Of a DNA stretch of 64,000 nt, positions 36,230 to 47,690 are shown in pieces. The translations under genes and the position numbers were made by a program. Origin of the DNA: a virus; the IMG/VR virus record IMGVR_UViG_3300028394_000055, positions 28,632 to 92,631 of that record. The stretch is one strand, 5' to 3'. The notes under the pieces are model-generated. The model was not told where the DNA came from. It made no database searches and was given only the letters and a program-made list of their open reading frames with translations. Position 1 is the stretch's first letter. Every line of letters starts with the position of its first letter.

Positions 36230-37696
36230 ATGGCAACCTCATTTGATGTTAATTTAAACATAGGAAGCCAGATTGGTTATACTCTTCCAGGCAATCCAAA
36301 ATTATTAGGATATGCTCCAGATATACAAACAACAGCAACTCTCAATGGAGAATTAATTCCTTATAGTGGTGTTAATTCTCTTCAAAAATCACCTCTGCTA
36401 GTAATCTCTGCTTCACCTACAGCAGATAATATTCCGTTAGATGATTTTATTATGAGTACCTATCAAACTAGTACATATCAAACACTGTATTTGAAAAACA
36501 AAGGTAACGCAGTATTGACCATCACTGATGTTATAATGACCTACAGTGATGGTATAGAAGCAGTATTCCGTGCTGGTGCTACAACTTTGCCAATAACTAT
36601 ACAGCCTGGGAGTCAAACAAATGTTTCAGGTGCTTATTATGCTTTTGACTCCGGTATATATGATAACTTTTTTGTATTTCAATCAAATAGTATCAGTGGT
36701 TACGAAAAAGTCCGAACACATCAAATTGTATTAGACACACAAAACTTTAGAACAATTCCTTTAAATTTTAGTACCAGTACTAATAAAATAGGACAAGTCG
36801 TAACTCAAACTTATAAATTAATACCTATTTTTAATAATATAGAATATCCAGATAGTGTTATTACTGTAGATGGTTCAATAAGTGGAAACGGTGCTTGGTA
36901 TATAGTGACTACCGGTACTAATTCTATAACAATAGCATTTGATTCTAATCAAGTTAATAATATTAACGGTGTTTATTCTGCTGATTTAACAATACTTGCT
37001 AATGGGGCAACTCATAAAGCCATCAATACTGCAACAGTAGTGATAGATCATGACAAAAATAAAAATCTTAGCAACTGGATGAGTCCAGCAAGCCATTATA
37101 ATAGCATTATAGGTGTAAGTTATGACCTTGAAGATGATGTGCGAATTCTTACAGTAGGTGTGGGCATGGGCGGGGATGGAGTTCCTATATATGGAGATGG
37201 TGGAAGTTTATATGCTAATGTAAACAATCTCGGACTAGGTAGTGGTGATGCTCGTCAACCATACACATTTTGGTCTAAAGTATATCGCATTCCATTTACC
37301 GGAGCAGCACAAATTTATAACAGCAGTGACTATGTGATAAAAACTACTACAGCATCAGATTATAGCAGTTATTTTGGTGAAAATCACGCACCTGGATCTA
37401 TGTTTATAGTTGAAGATGATGGATATGGCTCACTCAAAATTGAACTTAATCATTTAAAAGAGTTTTACGATGAATATATTGATGATACTGTAAAAACGAC
37501 ATTAATCAATCTAACTAGAGCATTCTATTATTATTCTAATGTAGATAGATTAGGTAGATATGAACCTTTACCAGTGGAATATTCTGCACCTATAGTAACA
37601 AACACTGCTACTACTAATTTGTTTATTGGATTTAATTATAATACCAGAGATAAACTAGCCTACGTTAACTCATCTATTGTAGAATTACCGATCTAA
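36230..37696 (+). CDS. putative virion protein with Ig-like domain
   Basis: LKNKGNAVLTI...PITIQPG Ig/ASH-like motif; follows the tail genes. Confidence 0.7.
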   Translation: MATSFDVNLNIGSQIGYTLPGNPKLLGYAPDIQTTATLNGELIPYSGVNSLQKSPLLVISASPTADNIPLDDFIMSTYQTSTYQTLYLKNKGNAVLTITDVIMTYSDGIEAVFRAGATTLPITIQPGSQTNVSGAYYAFDSGIYDNFFVFQSNSISGYEKVRTHQIVLDTQNFRTIPLNFSTSTNKIGQVVTQTYKLIPIFNNIEYPDSVITVDGSISGNGAWYIVTTGTNSITIAFDSNQVNNINGVYSADLTILANGATHKAINTATVVIDHDKNKNLSNWMSPASHYNSIIGVSYDLEDDVRILTVGVGMGGDGVPIYGDGGSLYANVNNLGLGSGDARQPYTFWSKVYRIPFTGAAQIYNSSDYVIKTTTASDYSSYFGENHAPGSMFIVEDDGYGSLKIELNHLKEFYDEYIDDTVKTTLINLTRAFYYYSNVDRLGRYEPLPVEYSAPIVTNTATTNLFIGFNYNTRDKLAYVNSSIVELPI

Positions 37697-37735
37697 TTTT
37701 AAAAAGATAATTATATACTATGATAATTAGTATAT

Positions 37736-39232
37736 ATGATAATAGCCCTTGCATGGAGTAAAAATCCCGATATAGACAAACTAATGACGTTTGAAGATGA
37801 TCCCTTTGGGGAATTTGAACCCGAGCCATGGGACAGCCGTTATCAATTAGTTTGGTATATTGATCCTAGATTTAATCCATTACCTGATAAAGTTTGGGCT
37901 GTCAGTTGCAAACCCATTGGCAGACCTATTGAAGGTGTTAAAGATATGGGTTATCTTGTTCCAAAAGTTAATATTGAATACAACAATGAACTACCGGACC
38001 TGGGTGTTGACTTTGATAAATGTTGTCCTGCCTTTTGGGAACTTGAAAATGAAATAGCATGGGAACTTGACCCTGCATGTACATTGGATGAAAGAATATG
38101 GGTAGTAAGAATGTCGCCTGCCTATAGAAAACCCAAAAACTGGGTATGGTATGGTACAATAACTCCTGAATATCATGTAGAGTATAATCCCAAATTACCT
38201 GTAATGGATTATGATGTAGATTATGTTATACCATATCACGATTTTACATTTGAACACGTATGGATGCTTGATCGTAAACACTTACAACATGATGAAGATG
38301 ACATATGGGCATTTAAAATTTGTGTAACACCCGACATAGAAGGTAGTAAAAACATAGACTATATAAGTCCTATACATACTGTAGAATATAATCCAGAGTT
38401 GCCTAAATTCAATTTAGATATTGATTATGTTATACCATGGTATGATTTATCATATAGCCATGTATGGAATGTTGCTGGGGAGGAGAAGATATGGGCCATA
38501 GCATTGTCAACCACTAATCCTTCTGTAGGTATTAAAGAAATGCCCAATATAATTCCTGCATTATCTGACAACTTGGATGTAATTTTTATAAGTTATTATG
38601 AACTTAATGCAGAAAAAAATTGGCAACGAGTATTAAAAAAAGCACCTTGGGCTAAACGTATAAATGGAGTTAAAGGTATATTCGAAGCGCATAAAGCAGC
38701 AGCCAAAATATCGTCAACTGATATGTTTTACATAGTAGATGGAGATGCATATCTAGTAGATGATTGGGAATTTAATTTTCAACCTGGCGTATTTGATCGA
38801 AACTGTGCTTACGTATGGAGTAGTCGAAATCCTGTTAATAGTTTGACTTATGCTCACGGTGGTGTTAAACTGTTTAATAAGAATATTCTTATGAGTAAAA
38901 AGAAGTGGACAACTCTCGATATGTTCACTGGTATAATGCCAAAAATAAAAGTAGAAGAAAAAATTAGTTGTTTTACAAATTTCAACGTGGATGAGTTTTC
39001 GACATGGCGAAGTGCATTTAGAGAATGTACTAAACTCTATAAAAATAATCAAATGAGTAAAATCAACGAATGGTTAAGATCAAATACTAAGAAAAAATTT
39101 GGTAGTTATGCAGTGTTAGGTGCGGTCAATGCCTGCCAATATGCTAAAGAATTTTTAAATGATAATGATGCATTGTTGATGATCAATGACTACGATTGGT
39201 TGAAAGAATATTTTAATAAAATGAAAGCGTGA
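37736..39232 (+). CDS. glycosyltransferase-like protein (GT-A DxD) with N-terminal repeats
   Basis: LDVIFISYYE...GVKGI..AH..AA...FYIVDGDA; three EYN..LP...D...P......W repeats. Confidence 0.7.
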   Translation: MIIALAWSKNPDIDKLMTFEDDPFGEFEPEPWDSRYQLVWYIDPRFNPLPDKVWAVSCKPIGRPIEGVKDMGYLVPKVNIEYNNELPDLGVDFDKCCPAFWELENEIAWELDPACTLDERIWVVRMSPAYRKPKNWVWYGTITPEYHVEYNPKLPVMDYDVDYVIPYHDFTFEHVWMLDRKHLQHDEDDIWAFKICVTPDIEGSKNIDYISPIHTVEYNPELPKFNLDIDYVIPWYDLSYSHVWNVAGEEKIWAIALSTTNPSVGIKEMPNIIPALSDNLDVIFISYYELNAEKNWQRVLKKAPWAKRINGVKGIFEAHKAAAKISSTDMFYIVDGDAYLVDDWEFNFQPGVFDRNCAYVWSSRNPVNSLTYAHGGVKLFNKNILMSKKKWTTLDMFTGIMPKIKVEEKISCFTNFNVDEFSTWRSAFRECTKLYKNNQMSKINEWLRSNTKKKFGSYAVLGAVNACQYAKEFLNDNDALLMINDYDWLKEYFNKMKA

Positions 39233-39236
39233 TAAA

Positions 39237-40619
39237 ATGTCAGAGCCACAAAATGTTAGGATTAAAAAAATAATTCCTATTATAAATGCAATAAGCCCTA
39301 CCTTTTGTTTGGCTAAATGGCACCACGTAACTTTATATCTACAAACCGGAGAGACACATAGTTGTTATCATCCTACTCCACATAAAATTGATTTAGATGA
39401 ACTTGAAAACAATCCAAGTGCATTACACAATACATCTCATAAAAAATTAGAGCGTAAAGAAATGTTAGAAGGTATAGAAACTAAAGGATGTCAATATTGT
39501 TGGAATATTGAGGATATGGGAACTGATTACATAAGTGATAGACATATACGTAATGCCAGCATTTTTACAGAAGAAAGATTTAAGAATGTAGTGGATGGTC
39601 CATGGAATCAAAATGTAAATCCAGAATATGTTGAGATTAGTTTTGGCAATGAGTGCAATTTTAAATGTGGATATTGTCATCCTAAAGCCAGCAGCAGATT
39701 TTATAATGAAATAAAAGAATACGGTCCTGTTACTAAAGTAAAAAATCATCGATGTGATATTGATTGGATGGATTTGTATGAAAGAGAAGAATTTAATCCT
39801 TATGTAGATGCTTGGTGGGAATGGTGGCCTGAAATGCGTAAAACGTTAAACATTTTACGTATTACAGGAGGTGAACCTCTCATGCATAAAAGCACATGGA
39901 GACTATTAGATAGTTTAAAAGTAGACCCTATGCCTGCTCTCGAATTAAACATTAACAGTAATCTAGGAGTTAAATCTAAATTAGTTGATAAGATGATTAC
40001 TAATATTAACACACTTATTGACAACAATGGTATAAAACAATTTAAATTGTTTACCAGCATCGACACTTGGGGACCTAGAGCAGAATATATTCGAACAGGG
40101 TTGGATTTAACATTATGGGAAAGTAATTTAGATAGATATTTAAAATCTACTGGAAACCCTATTAGTTTCATGATTACTTTTAATATATTGTCAGTTACAA
40201 CTTTTAAAGAGTTGCTATCTAAAATTTTAGAATGGCGATCTATATATAATCAATACAATAAGACTAGTCAATTTCAAATGATTACATTTGACACACCATA
40301 TTTGAAAGAACCATTGCAGTATGACATGAACATTTTACCTAAAGAAGAATTTATGCCTTATATGTTAGATTCTTTAAAATTTATGGAAGAGAATACAGAT
40401 AGTTCAAATGTTAATAAATTTTCTCAAGTTGAATTTGAAAAATTTAGAAGAGTAGTTGACTATATGCAAACTACTGATTACGGACAAGATAAAATAAATG
40501 AAGGTCGCAAAGATTTCTATCATTGGTTTATAGAGATTGATAAAAGAAGGGGAACTGACTTCCTATTAACATTTCCTGAGATGGGAGATTTTTTAAAAGA
40601 TATAAAAAATGATATTTAA
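39237..40619 (+). CDS. radical SAM protein with twitch-like N-terminal Cys cluster
   Basis: CNFKCGYC and TGGEP; extra FC..KW...SC.H...GC.YCW. Confidence 0.9.
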   Translation: MSEPQNVRIKKIIPIINAISPTFCLAKWHHVTLYLQTGETHSCYHPTPHKIDLDELENNPSALHNTSHKKLERKEMLEGIETKGCQYCWNIEDMGTDYISDRHIRNASIFTEERFKNVVDGPWNQNVNPEYVEISFGNECNFKCGYCHPKASSRFYNEIKEYGPVTKVKNHRCDIDWMDLYEREEFNPYVDAWWEWWPEMRKTLNILRITGGEPLMHKSTWRLLDSLKVDPMPALELNINSNLGVKSKLVDKMITNINTLIDNNGIKQFKLFTSIDTWGPRAEYIRTGLDLTLWESNLDRYLKSTGNPISFMITFNILSVTTFKELLSKILEWRSIYNQYNKTSQFQMITFDTPYLKEPLQYDMNILPKEEFMPYMLDSLKFMEENTDSSNVNKFSQVEFEKFRRVVDYMQTTDYGQDKINEGRKDFYHWFIEIDKRRGTDFLLTFPEMGDFLKDIKNDI

Positions 40620-41802
40620 TGAAAATTGGTATCATAAACTTTTTAGTCAAGGACATCAGCAACCTTCTAAATCAATAATGCAAGAATATTCTTTTGAAGT
40701 AAGTATACTGTCAAAATCGTTAGAAAATAATAAGAATTATTGGTATGTAGAGTTTCATGGACCCAATGAATTAGAACTATTACCTACGATAGTCCCTGGA
40801 TCTATATTAAACTTGCTGAGAAGTAAAAAACTTAATTTGTTACTAGGAAATTCAAATGAGTCCTTCCATTCTATAATAGAACAAATTTATAAAATAGCAA
40901 TAGACCATTTAAAAATACCAGAAGAATGTATTACACTGGTCTCCGGATCTGCAGATATATTATCAGAAATTAAAAATGTGTCTACATCATATAATAGACA
41001 AGAGATTAAAGCAATTTGGTCTTCAATATTTGAGGCTCGATTAAGAGAATATATAGATTATAGACCTAATTTAAATATCAAACTACAAAATAAAAATTAT
41101 AATAAAAAATTTTTAAATTTTAATCGTCGATGGAGATTACATAGGCCGTTATTTGTTGCTTTGATGTTTTCTAAGAATTTGTTAGATTTAGGTTATATTA
41201 GTTTGGCTAATAGTGATGACAATAAAAACTGGAACAACGTTTGGGAAGAGTTAATAAAATTTAATTCATTGCCATATAACAAAACATGCCCAAACATAAC
41301 ACATTTATTAGAAACAAATAAAGATAAAATATTAGAACTCCCAGAAATGTATTTAGATACAGATGAATTAGTAGATAATAAATTTCTTCCTGATACTTCT
41401 TCTGATGTGTATTACACTAATAGTTATTTTAGTATAATAAGTGAAACTAATTTTTATACTTCATTTGATCATTATGAAAAAGGGCGATTCCTTACTGAAA
41501 AGATATTTAAATCTGTTTATTACAAGCATCCTTTTATATTAATATCTACACCAGGTAGCCTTAATTTTTTTAAATCTTTAGGTTATAAAACGTTTGGAGA
41601 ATTTATTAACGAAGATTATGACAATGAGTGTGATGATTACAAAAGAATAATAATGATATTACATGAAGTTGAAAGATTATCAAAATTAAACAATGATCAA
41701 CTTAAAGAATTCATAGAATATGCTCAATCTATATGCGAGTATAACTATCAACATCTTGCTAACAAGAATTACAAAAATAATTTTATTAAATTATTGAATT
41801 AA
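40609..41802 (+). CDS. glycosyltransferase-like paralog 1 (GT10-like C-terminus)
   Basis: NFNRR.R.HR...SIISET...FLTEK.FK....HPFI...GYKTF..FI.E.YD. Confidence 0.65.
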   Translation: MIFNENWYHKLFSQGHQQPSKSIMQEYSFEVSILSKSLENNKNYWYVEFHGPNELELLPTIVPGSILNLLRSKKLNLLLGNSNESFHSIIEQIYKIAIDHLKIPEECITLVSGSADILSEIKNVSTSYNRQEIKAIWSSIFEARLREYIDYRPNLNIKLQNKNYNKKFLNFNRRWRLHRPLFVALMFSKNLLDLGYISLANSDDNKNWNNVWEELIKFNSLPYNKTCPNITHLLETNKDKILELPEMYLDTDELVDNKFLPDTSSDVYYTNSYFSIISETNFYTSFDHYEKGRFLTEKIFKSVYYKHPFILISTPGSLNFFKSLGYKTFGEFINEDYDNECDDYKRIIMILHEVERLSKLNNDQLKEFIEYAQSICEYNYQHLANKNYKNNFIKLLN

Positions 41803-42963
41803 TTTTTTTATTTTTAATATTATTTCTAATATTTGAACAATCAAGTATTCGTCATTAAACACTCTATTTCGATTATAACTCAGTAGTTCAGAGTTTTTAT
41901 ATCTCCATTCTATCTGTTGATCCCTAGTTAGCGATTTTAAGTAACTTACTACATCAGACGCACTTACTAACAATTTTTGATATCTTAAAATGTCATCTGG
42001 TTCATCATCGAAACTTAAATCAAAATATGATTCGTAAGTTTTAAATCCTATTAATGGTAATCGTTTGTTAATTCCTTTTTGTCCCCATATTATCATTGGC
42101 TGAAAATTAAACATAGGTTTTAATATTTTTTCAGAATAAAACAAAGAAGTTTCATTTTGATTTACGCACAGTGTTTCGTTTACAATACTAAATGCCGTTG
42201 AAAAGTGTAGATCTGATAAATGACCAGTTGGATTATTAATATGAAATGTATCACCATCTGCAAAGAATGGTAGTTTTTTTTTAAAATTATTAAAATCGTC
42301 AATTGTAACGTTCAATCTTTCTAATAAAAACGGAGAAGGTTGAAAATCATCAAGTTTATCTTGACTTACAATACATTCATCAAATATATCTGATCTGCTT
42401 AACATAAAGTGTCCCCAAACTCGATGTTCTCGATTTCTTCTAGACAAACTAAGCACTAATTTTTTAAATTTTTTATAACATAAATTTTTTGAAGTTACTA
42501 TATCTTCTGCATCAAATATATGCATCTCGTTAATATTTTGAAACATCATACTTAACAAAAATATAGGAGTTACGTTAATATCTGTTTTAAATTTAACTGT
42601 TTCTAGGTTTCCTGTTAACAAAAATATTTTTTTTGGATTTATATTGTATATTCTACAACTACTTTCAAATGACTTTGATAATATTTCTATCTCTTCACTA
42701 TATCCTTCAAATGTTCTATCAAAAAACATTACAGTATTTTTATCATTTGCTAGTCTGTCAATAGTATCTTTATCAAAATATTGAAATAGATCAATCTCGG
42801 GCGTTAAGTTTTGTCCATAACCTATTAATATGTTGAAGTATGATACATTTTCCAACTCTTCTAAAAGCAACGTGGGAAATCTACTGTTTAAATATCTAGT
42901 AAATGTTGTACCGGTTTCTCGAATATAATCATTTTCGATTACTTTAGCAAATATATGTTCCAT
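41791..42963 (-). CDS. glycosyltransferase-like paralog 2 (inverted orientation)
   Basis: LSRRNREHR...SIVNET...SEKILKP....QPMI...GFKTY..YFD.SFD; GATAAATA upstream. Confidence 0.65.
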   Translation of the reverse strand: MEHIFAKVIENDYIRETGTTFTRYLNSRFPTLLLEELENVSYFNILIGYGQNLTPEIDLFQYFDKDTIDRLANDKNTVMFFDRTFEGYSEEIEILSKSFESSCRIYNINPKKIFLLTGNLETVKFKTDINVTPIFLLSMMFQNINEMHIFDAEDIVTSKNLCYKKFKKLVLSLSRRNREHRVWGHFMLSRSDIFDECIVSQDKLDDFQPSPFLLERLNVTIDDFNNFKKKLPFFADGDTFHINNPTGHLSDLHFSTAFSIVNETLCVNQNETSLFYSEKILKPMFNFQPMIIWGQKGINKRLPLIGFKTYESYFDLSFDDEPDDILRYQKLLVSASDVVSYLKSLTRDQQIEWRYKNSELLSYNRNRVFNDEYLIVQILEIILKIKKLIQ

Positions 42964-42992
42964 GAGGTATTTATCGAATAAATACATACATA

Positions 42993-44333
42993 ATGAATTT
43001 TATTAACTACAAGTTTGAAACTTTTAATTGTACTCCAACTGATCGAATATCTGAAGCCTTGTTTGGGAGACGTCTAGCAAATTTCTTAAAATACAATGTT
43101 ATAAAAAACTCAGGTGGTAACCCTACATATAGATCTTCCCATTTGGTTGAAAGTTTTTTCTTTTATGACGAGAATAATACTACGGATTTAGATAGGGGAG
43201 CAGCCTTTCCTGTAGAATCTGACGTACCGTTAAACTATATTATTTCGTTAGGGGTAGCAGATGCACCTAATGATTGGGCAGGTAAAAGAATAAAATGGCC
43301 GCCATCTGTTTTTAAATTACTTAATCCTACATATCTACAAGATCTACAAAACAAAAAGGCTTTATTCTTAATAGATCAATCATTGGAAGGCTATCACAAA
43401 ACTTGGTTGTGGGAATGGTTCCATGAGGAATGTAGCAAATATCAAATTGATCCATCTGCAATTATTTACGCAACTGGAAATCAAGCAGCATCAGATGATT
43501 ACAACACGTGGCATGAAATAAATGCTGGCAATTCAAAAAAACTTAAAATTATTCCTTCCATAGCACTGTCAATGCCTGTTTATAAACATTATCAAATATA
43601 TAATTTTGATATTAAATTTACAGAATTATTATCTCATAAAAAAGAAAACATTCAAAACATTTCACTATACGATTGTATTAATTTTAAGTTTAGAACACAA
43701 CGTATTATAAATTTTTTACATTTAATAAATGAAAATTTAATAGATGATGGCAAAATAAGCATAGGATCTCTATTAGAAGTTTTTCATAAACGTCATTTAT
43801 CTGTAACAGAATATAATTTGCCATCTGATATAATTTTTAAAATACCTGATAAAGAAAATTGGATAGCAGGAGACCCTAACACTCAAAAGTTCGGCGATCT
43901 CATCGCTAGAATATTAAAAGATGTTTATGCAAATACATGGGTATCTTTAGTAACAGAGTCATCATTTTTTAAAGAAGAAAATACAGTTTTTATTAGCGAA
44001 AAAACTTTTAAACCTATTGCATGTATGCAACCATTTATTATATTAGGTAGTAAAGGTACACTGAAATATTTAAGAAAACTTGGATATAAGACATTTGATG
44101 GATTTATCGACGAATCATATGATGACTGTGAAGATGTAGATAGATTTGCTGCTATTATTAAATCATTAAAACAAATAAAAAATATTTCAGATAAAGTTGC
44201 ATGGTATGAATCTATGCAAGAGATATTAGAACATAATCACAAACTATTCTTATCAATAGGCACATCAAAATCTATCGAACATTTGGAAGTTATTAAATAC
44301 TATAACAACTATTTTAAGGAATCACATGTTTAA
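42993..44333 (+). CDS. glycosyltransferase-like paralog 3
   Basis: SLVTES...ISEKTFKP....QPFI..G....L..L...GYKTFDGFIDESYD. Confidence 0.65.
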   Translation: MNFINYKFETFNCTPTDRISEALFGRRLANFLKYNVIKNSGGNPTYRSSHLVESFFFYDENNTTDLDRGAAFPVESDVPLNYIISLGVADAPNDWAGKRIKWPPSVFKLLNPTYLQDLQNKKALFLIDQSLEGYHKTWLWEWFHEECSKYQIDPSAIIYATGNQAASDDYNTWHEINAGNSKKLKIIPSIALSMPVYKHYQIYNFDIKFTELLSHKKENIQNISLYDCINFKFRTQRIINFLHLINENLIDDGKISIGSLLEVFHKRHLSVTEYNLPSDIIFKIPDKENWIAGDPNTQKFGDLIARILKDVYANTWVSLVTESSFFKEENTVFISEKTFKPIACMQPFIILGSKGTLKYLRKLGYKTFDGFIDESYDDCEDVDRFAAIIKSLKQIKNISDKVAWYESMQEILEHNHKLFLSIGTSKSIEHLEVIKYYNNYFKESHV

Positions 44334-45210
44334 TGATCTTGCAGACACTATCAATACAGGCGATAATGTTATTATTGCCTTAGGAGATAGTTTTACCCAA
44401 GGAGTAGGGGCTTACAGTTTACAATCTTGGGAAGATTCACTTAGAATTGGAAAAGGAAATGAGTTCAATCTCTCAGCAACTTATTTTCGAAAAGAACAAC
44501 ATAACAATAATTGGGCAGCACAACTAAGAAACAAATATTTTCCTGATTACAAAGTTTGGAATTTAGGAATTAATGGTACAGGCAATCGGGGAACAATAAA
44601 AGAATTATATTTAAATCCTTTACCAAAAAAATTAGGAAATGTTATAGTAATATTAATGGCAACAGGACTTGAAAGGTTTGATTTTCTTAAAAAAAGTAAA
44701 GAAACTGGTGGGCTTTATAATCATCAAAAATGGCAAACAATATGGCCTGTTGAAAGTAATCGAGGTGAAATCTCTGTCATAGAAACAGCATATCAAAATT
44801 TGTTGTATTCAAAAAGAATAATAGCCACCGAATTTTTAATGAATGTTGCTGAGGCTCAACATGTATGTAAAGCACGAGATTATAAATTTTTGTTTGGATC
44901 TGCATTCGATGATCGTGTGAATAAAGAAATATTAACCAGATTGTTAGATGATGATCACGCTTATATAGATATAGTTAACTGGAATGACTTTGTAAAACCA
45001 GAAGATGATCCTGCCTTTATGGAAATGTTGATAAGATTAGAAGGCGATCCTAGATTTAATGATTTTTTTGAATTTCAAAATAAAAAAATAATAGACACTA
45101 TGAAAATGCCATTAAGATACATAACACCATGTATGCATTGGACTATTGAAGGTCAATCGGTAGTTGCTGATGTTTTATATAAAGAAATAAAAAAAAGAAG
45201 AATAGCATGA
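44326..45210 (+). CDS. SGNH/GDSL-like protein
   Basis: ALGDSFT.G, NLG..G.GN, C-terminal H.T..G. Confidence 0.7.
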   Translation: MFNDLADTINTGDNVIIALGDSFTQGVGAYSLQSWEDSLRIGKGNEFNLSATYFRKEQHNNNWAAQLRNKYFPDYKVWNLGINGTGNRGTIKELYLNPLPKKLGNVIVILMATGLERFDFLKKSKETGGLYNHQKWQTIWPVESNRGEISVIETAYQNLLYSKRIIATEFLMNVAEAQHVCKARDYKFLFGSAFDDRVNKEILTRLLDDDHAYIDIVNWNDFVKPEDDPAFMEMLIRLEGDPRFNDFFEFQNKKIIDTMKMPLRYITPCMHWTIEGQSVVADVLYKEIKKRRIA

Positions 45211-46208
45211 AAATATTTGTTACTGGAATTGCAGGATTCTTAGGAAGTCATCTAGCAGAAAGAATGCTTTCACTAGGCCATACTGTTAGTGGAAATGATT
45301 CGTTAGTTGGGGGCTATTTGCATAATATCCCTAAAGATGCAGAATTTTTTAAAATTGATTGCTGTGATATGCAATCAATGATTAAAGCAATGAAAAGCAG
45401 TGACATTGTAATTCATACCGCTGCCACTGCTCATGAAGGTTTAAGTATATTCAGCCCTGCATTCATCACTCGTAATATATATGAAGCAAGTATATCTACA
45501 ATTTCAGCCGCTATTCAATCTAATGTAAAACGATTTGTATTTTGTAGCAGTATGGCTAGATATGGTAATCAACAAGGGCCATTCACAGAAGACATGCAGC
45601 CAACAGGTATTGATCCATACGGCATTGCCAAAGTTGCTGTTGAGAATACATTAAAAGTATTATGTTCTACACATGGAATGGAATGGAATGTAGCAGTTCC
45701 GCATAATATTGTTGGTCCACGGCAAAGATATGATGATCCATTTAGAAATGTAATAAGCATTATGATTAATCGTAATTTACAAGGCAAACCTGCTATTGTT
45801 TATGGTGATGGCTTGCAAACTCGTTGTTTTTCTTATATAGATGATTGTATTCAATGTTTAGAAAAAATAGCACTTGATCCCAATATAAAATTTGAAACGA
45901 TTAATATTGGTCCAGATGAAGGCGAAATTACTATTAAAGAAATGGCAGAACTAGTTGCAGAAGAATGCAATATGACATTACCTTTAATATATATGCCTGA
46001 TAGACCCTGTGAAGTAAAACATGCAACTTGTTCTTCAAATAAAGCAAGACAGTTGCTTAATTATAAAACAAATACAGATTTAAAAACTGCAATTAAATAT
46101 ACTGTAGAATATATAAAAAAACACGGGATCAAAGAGTTTGATTATAATTTTCCATTAGAGATAATAAACAACCAAACACCTAAAACATGGAGTGAAAGAT
46201 TAATATGA
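45207..46208 (+). CDS. NAD-dependent epimerase/dehydratase
   Basis: VTGIAGFLGSHL, SSMARYG, YGIAK, YGDG.QTR.F. Confidence 0.93.
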   Translation: MKIFVTGIAGFLGSHLAERMLSLGHTVSGNDSLVGGYLHNIPKDAEFFKIDCCDMQSMIKAMKSSDIVIHTAATAHEGLSIFSPAFITRNIYEASISTISAAIQSNVKRFVFCSSMARYGNQQGPFTEDMQPTGIDPYGIAKVAVENTLKVLCSTHGMEWNVAVPHNIVGPRQRYDDPFRNVISIMINRNLQGKPAIVYGDGLQTRCFSYIDDCIQCLEKIALDPNIKFETINIGPDEGEITIKEMAELVAEECNMTLPLIYMPDRPCEVKHATCSSNKARQLLNYKTNTDLKTAIKYTVEYIKKHGIKEFDYNFPLEIINNQTPKTWSERLI

Positions 46209-46876
46209 GTAGCGATAAACCACATCTAGTTTTAAATTGGATCTTTGATGTTCCAAATTATAAACTTTTTATACAAATTGCAGATGATTTAGAATATGAG
46301 GCAGTCGAAGGTGGCTGTTTAGGATTTATCAAAACGTACAAGGGAGTAGTATCTCATGTATCTTTATTGGATTGGCAAGAAAAAGAGAAATTTTGGATAA
46401 GTGAACATTATGGACATATCTATGGTTATTTTCAACCAGCACATCGAGTAAAAAAACATCCTAAGTGGGGCTGGGATCAAGTTTGTGCAAATGGATTAGG
46501 GCCGGATGGAGAATATCTTGATCACATGCAACGTATGCAAATATTACTAGAAGGAAATGATATGGCATACGTATGGGGCGGCCAAAAGATTCCGTTGTTT
46601 TTGACTCCAGATAAGGGTTTAACTATATATAAACGTATTCCTACAAGAGATGTAAATTATCCTGAAGAAATGATGAAAGATCCTGAAGTTTTTTGGCCGG
46701 AATGGCCGCAGGCTTGTTTAATGCAACCTCGAACAAAAGGTCCTAGACTTAGCAGTTATGCAGAATTGAAAGAAAATGGAGCACCTTCGAATATAATTAA
46801 CAAATGTGCGGCAGGACTTTGGGATGCTCCACCATTTCCTGAATTACAAAAGTGGTACATATACCCAACTAAGTAA
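46205..46876 (+). CDS. hypothetical protein
   Basis: 223-aa ORF in the operon. Confidence 0.7.
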   Translation: MSSDKPHLVLNWIFDVPNYKLFIQIADDLEYEAVEGGCLGFIKTYKGVVSHVSLLDWQEKEKFWISEHYGHIYGYFQPAHRVKKHPKWGWDQVCANGLGPDGEYLDHMQRMQILLEGNDMAYVWGGQKIPLFLTPDKGLTIYKRIPTRDVNYPEEMMKDPEVFWPEWPQACLMQPRTKGPRLSSYAELKENGAPSNIINKCAAGLWDAPPFPELQKWYIYPTK

Positions 46877-46877
46877 T

Positions 46878-47690
46878 ATGTATATGAATAAAATAGATTT
46901 TAAAAAATATAAAAGATTCTTTGCATTTGGATGCAGTTTTACTGATTATCACTGGCCAACTTGGGCAAATATTATATCTCAAGAAATACCAAATTCAACT
47001 GTCTTTGGGAAATCTGGCGCAGGAAATTTCTTTATATATCAATCTTTGATTGAGGCAAATATAAGATATAAATTGAATAAAGACGATCTAATTATGGTTA
47101 TGTTTTCAAATGTAACAAGAGAAGATAGATTTATGCGTAGTCGCGGAACTTGGGTAACTCCTGGGAACCTATTTCATCAAAGCGAATATGATGAAAATTT
47201 TATGAAAAACTTATTTTGTCATCACGGATATTTAATGAGAGATTTAAATCTTGTCTATGGTTGTAAAAATATTTTAAATAGTATAGGTTGTGAATATGAA
47301 TTAATGTCTATTGTTCCATTTAATAGTTTAAAGAGTGATGGAGATATGATGGACGATATTGACTATCTTTTAAATTTTCACAAAGATACTATATCTCAAA
47401 TTAAACCTAGTGTACTTGAAGTATTATTTAATAATGATTGGAACACTAGATTGCCTAGACCCAAATATAAAGTTAATTGGACTGACGATCTTTTTGTAGA
47501 TAATCATCCTACCACATTAGAGCATTTTGAATATTTGCAATTGATATTTCCTGAAACAGAATTTTCACAACATACAATAGAGTACGTTAAAAAATATAAT
47601 CAATTAATTTTTGATAAAGATTTTAGTGACGACACATCAAAACACGATAAAAAATTAAGCAGTCGATTGGGCGTAACATATTATGAATAG
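46878..47690 (+). CDS. SGNH-like protein
   Basis: FAFGCSFT...W...G.SGAGN...DNHPT. Confidence 0.7.
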   Translation: MYMNKIDFKKYKRFFAFGCSFTDYHWPTWANIISQEIPNSTVFGKSGAGNFFIYQSLIEANIRYKLNKDDLIMVMFSNVTREDRFMRSRGTWVTPGNLFHQSEYDENFMKNLFCHHGYLMRDLNLVYGCKNILNSIGCEYELMSIVPFNSLKSDGDMMDDIDYLLNFHKDTISQIKPSVLEVLFNNDWNTRLPRPKYKVNWTDDLFVDNHPTTLEHFEYLQLIFPETEFSQHTIEYVKKYNQLIFDKDFSDDTSKHDKKLSSRLGVTYYE

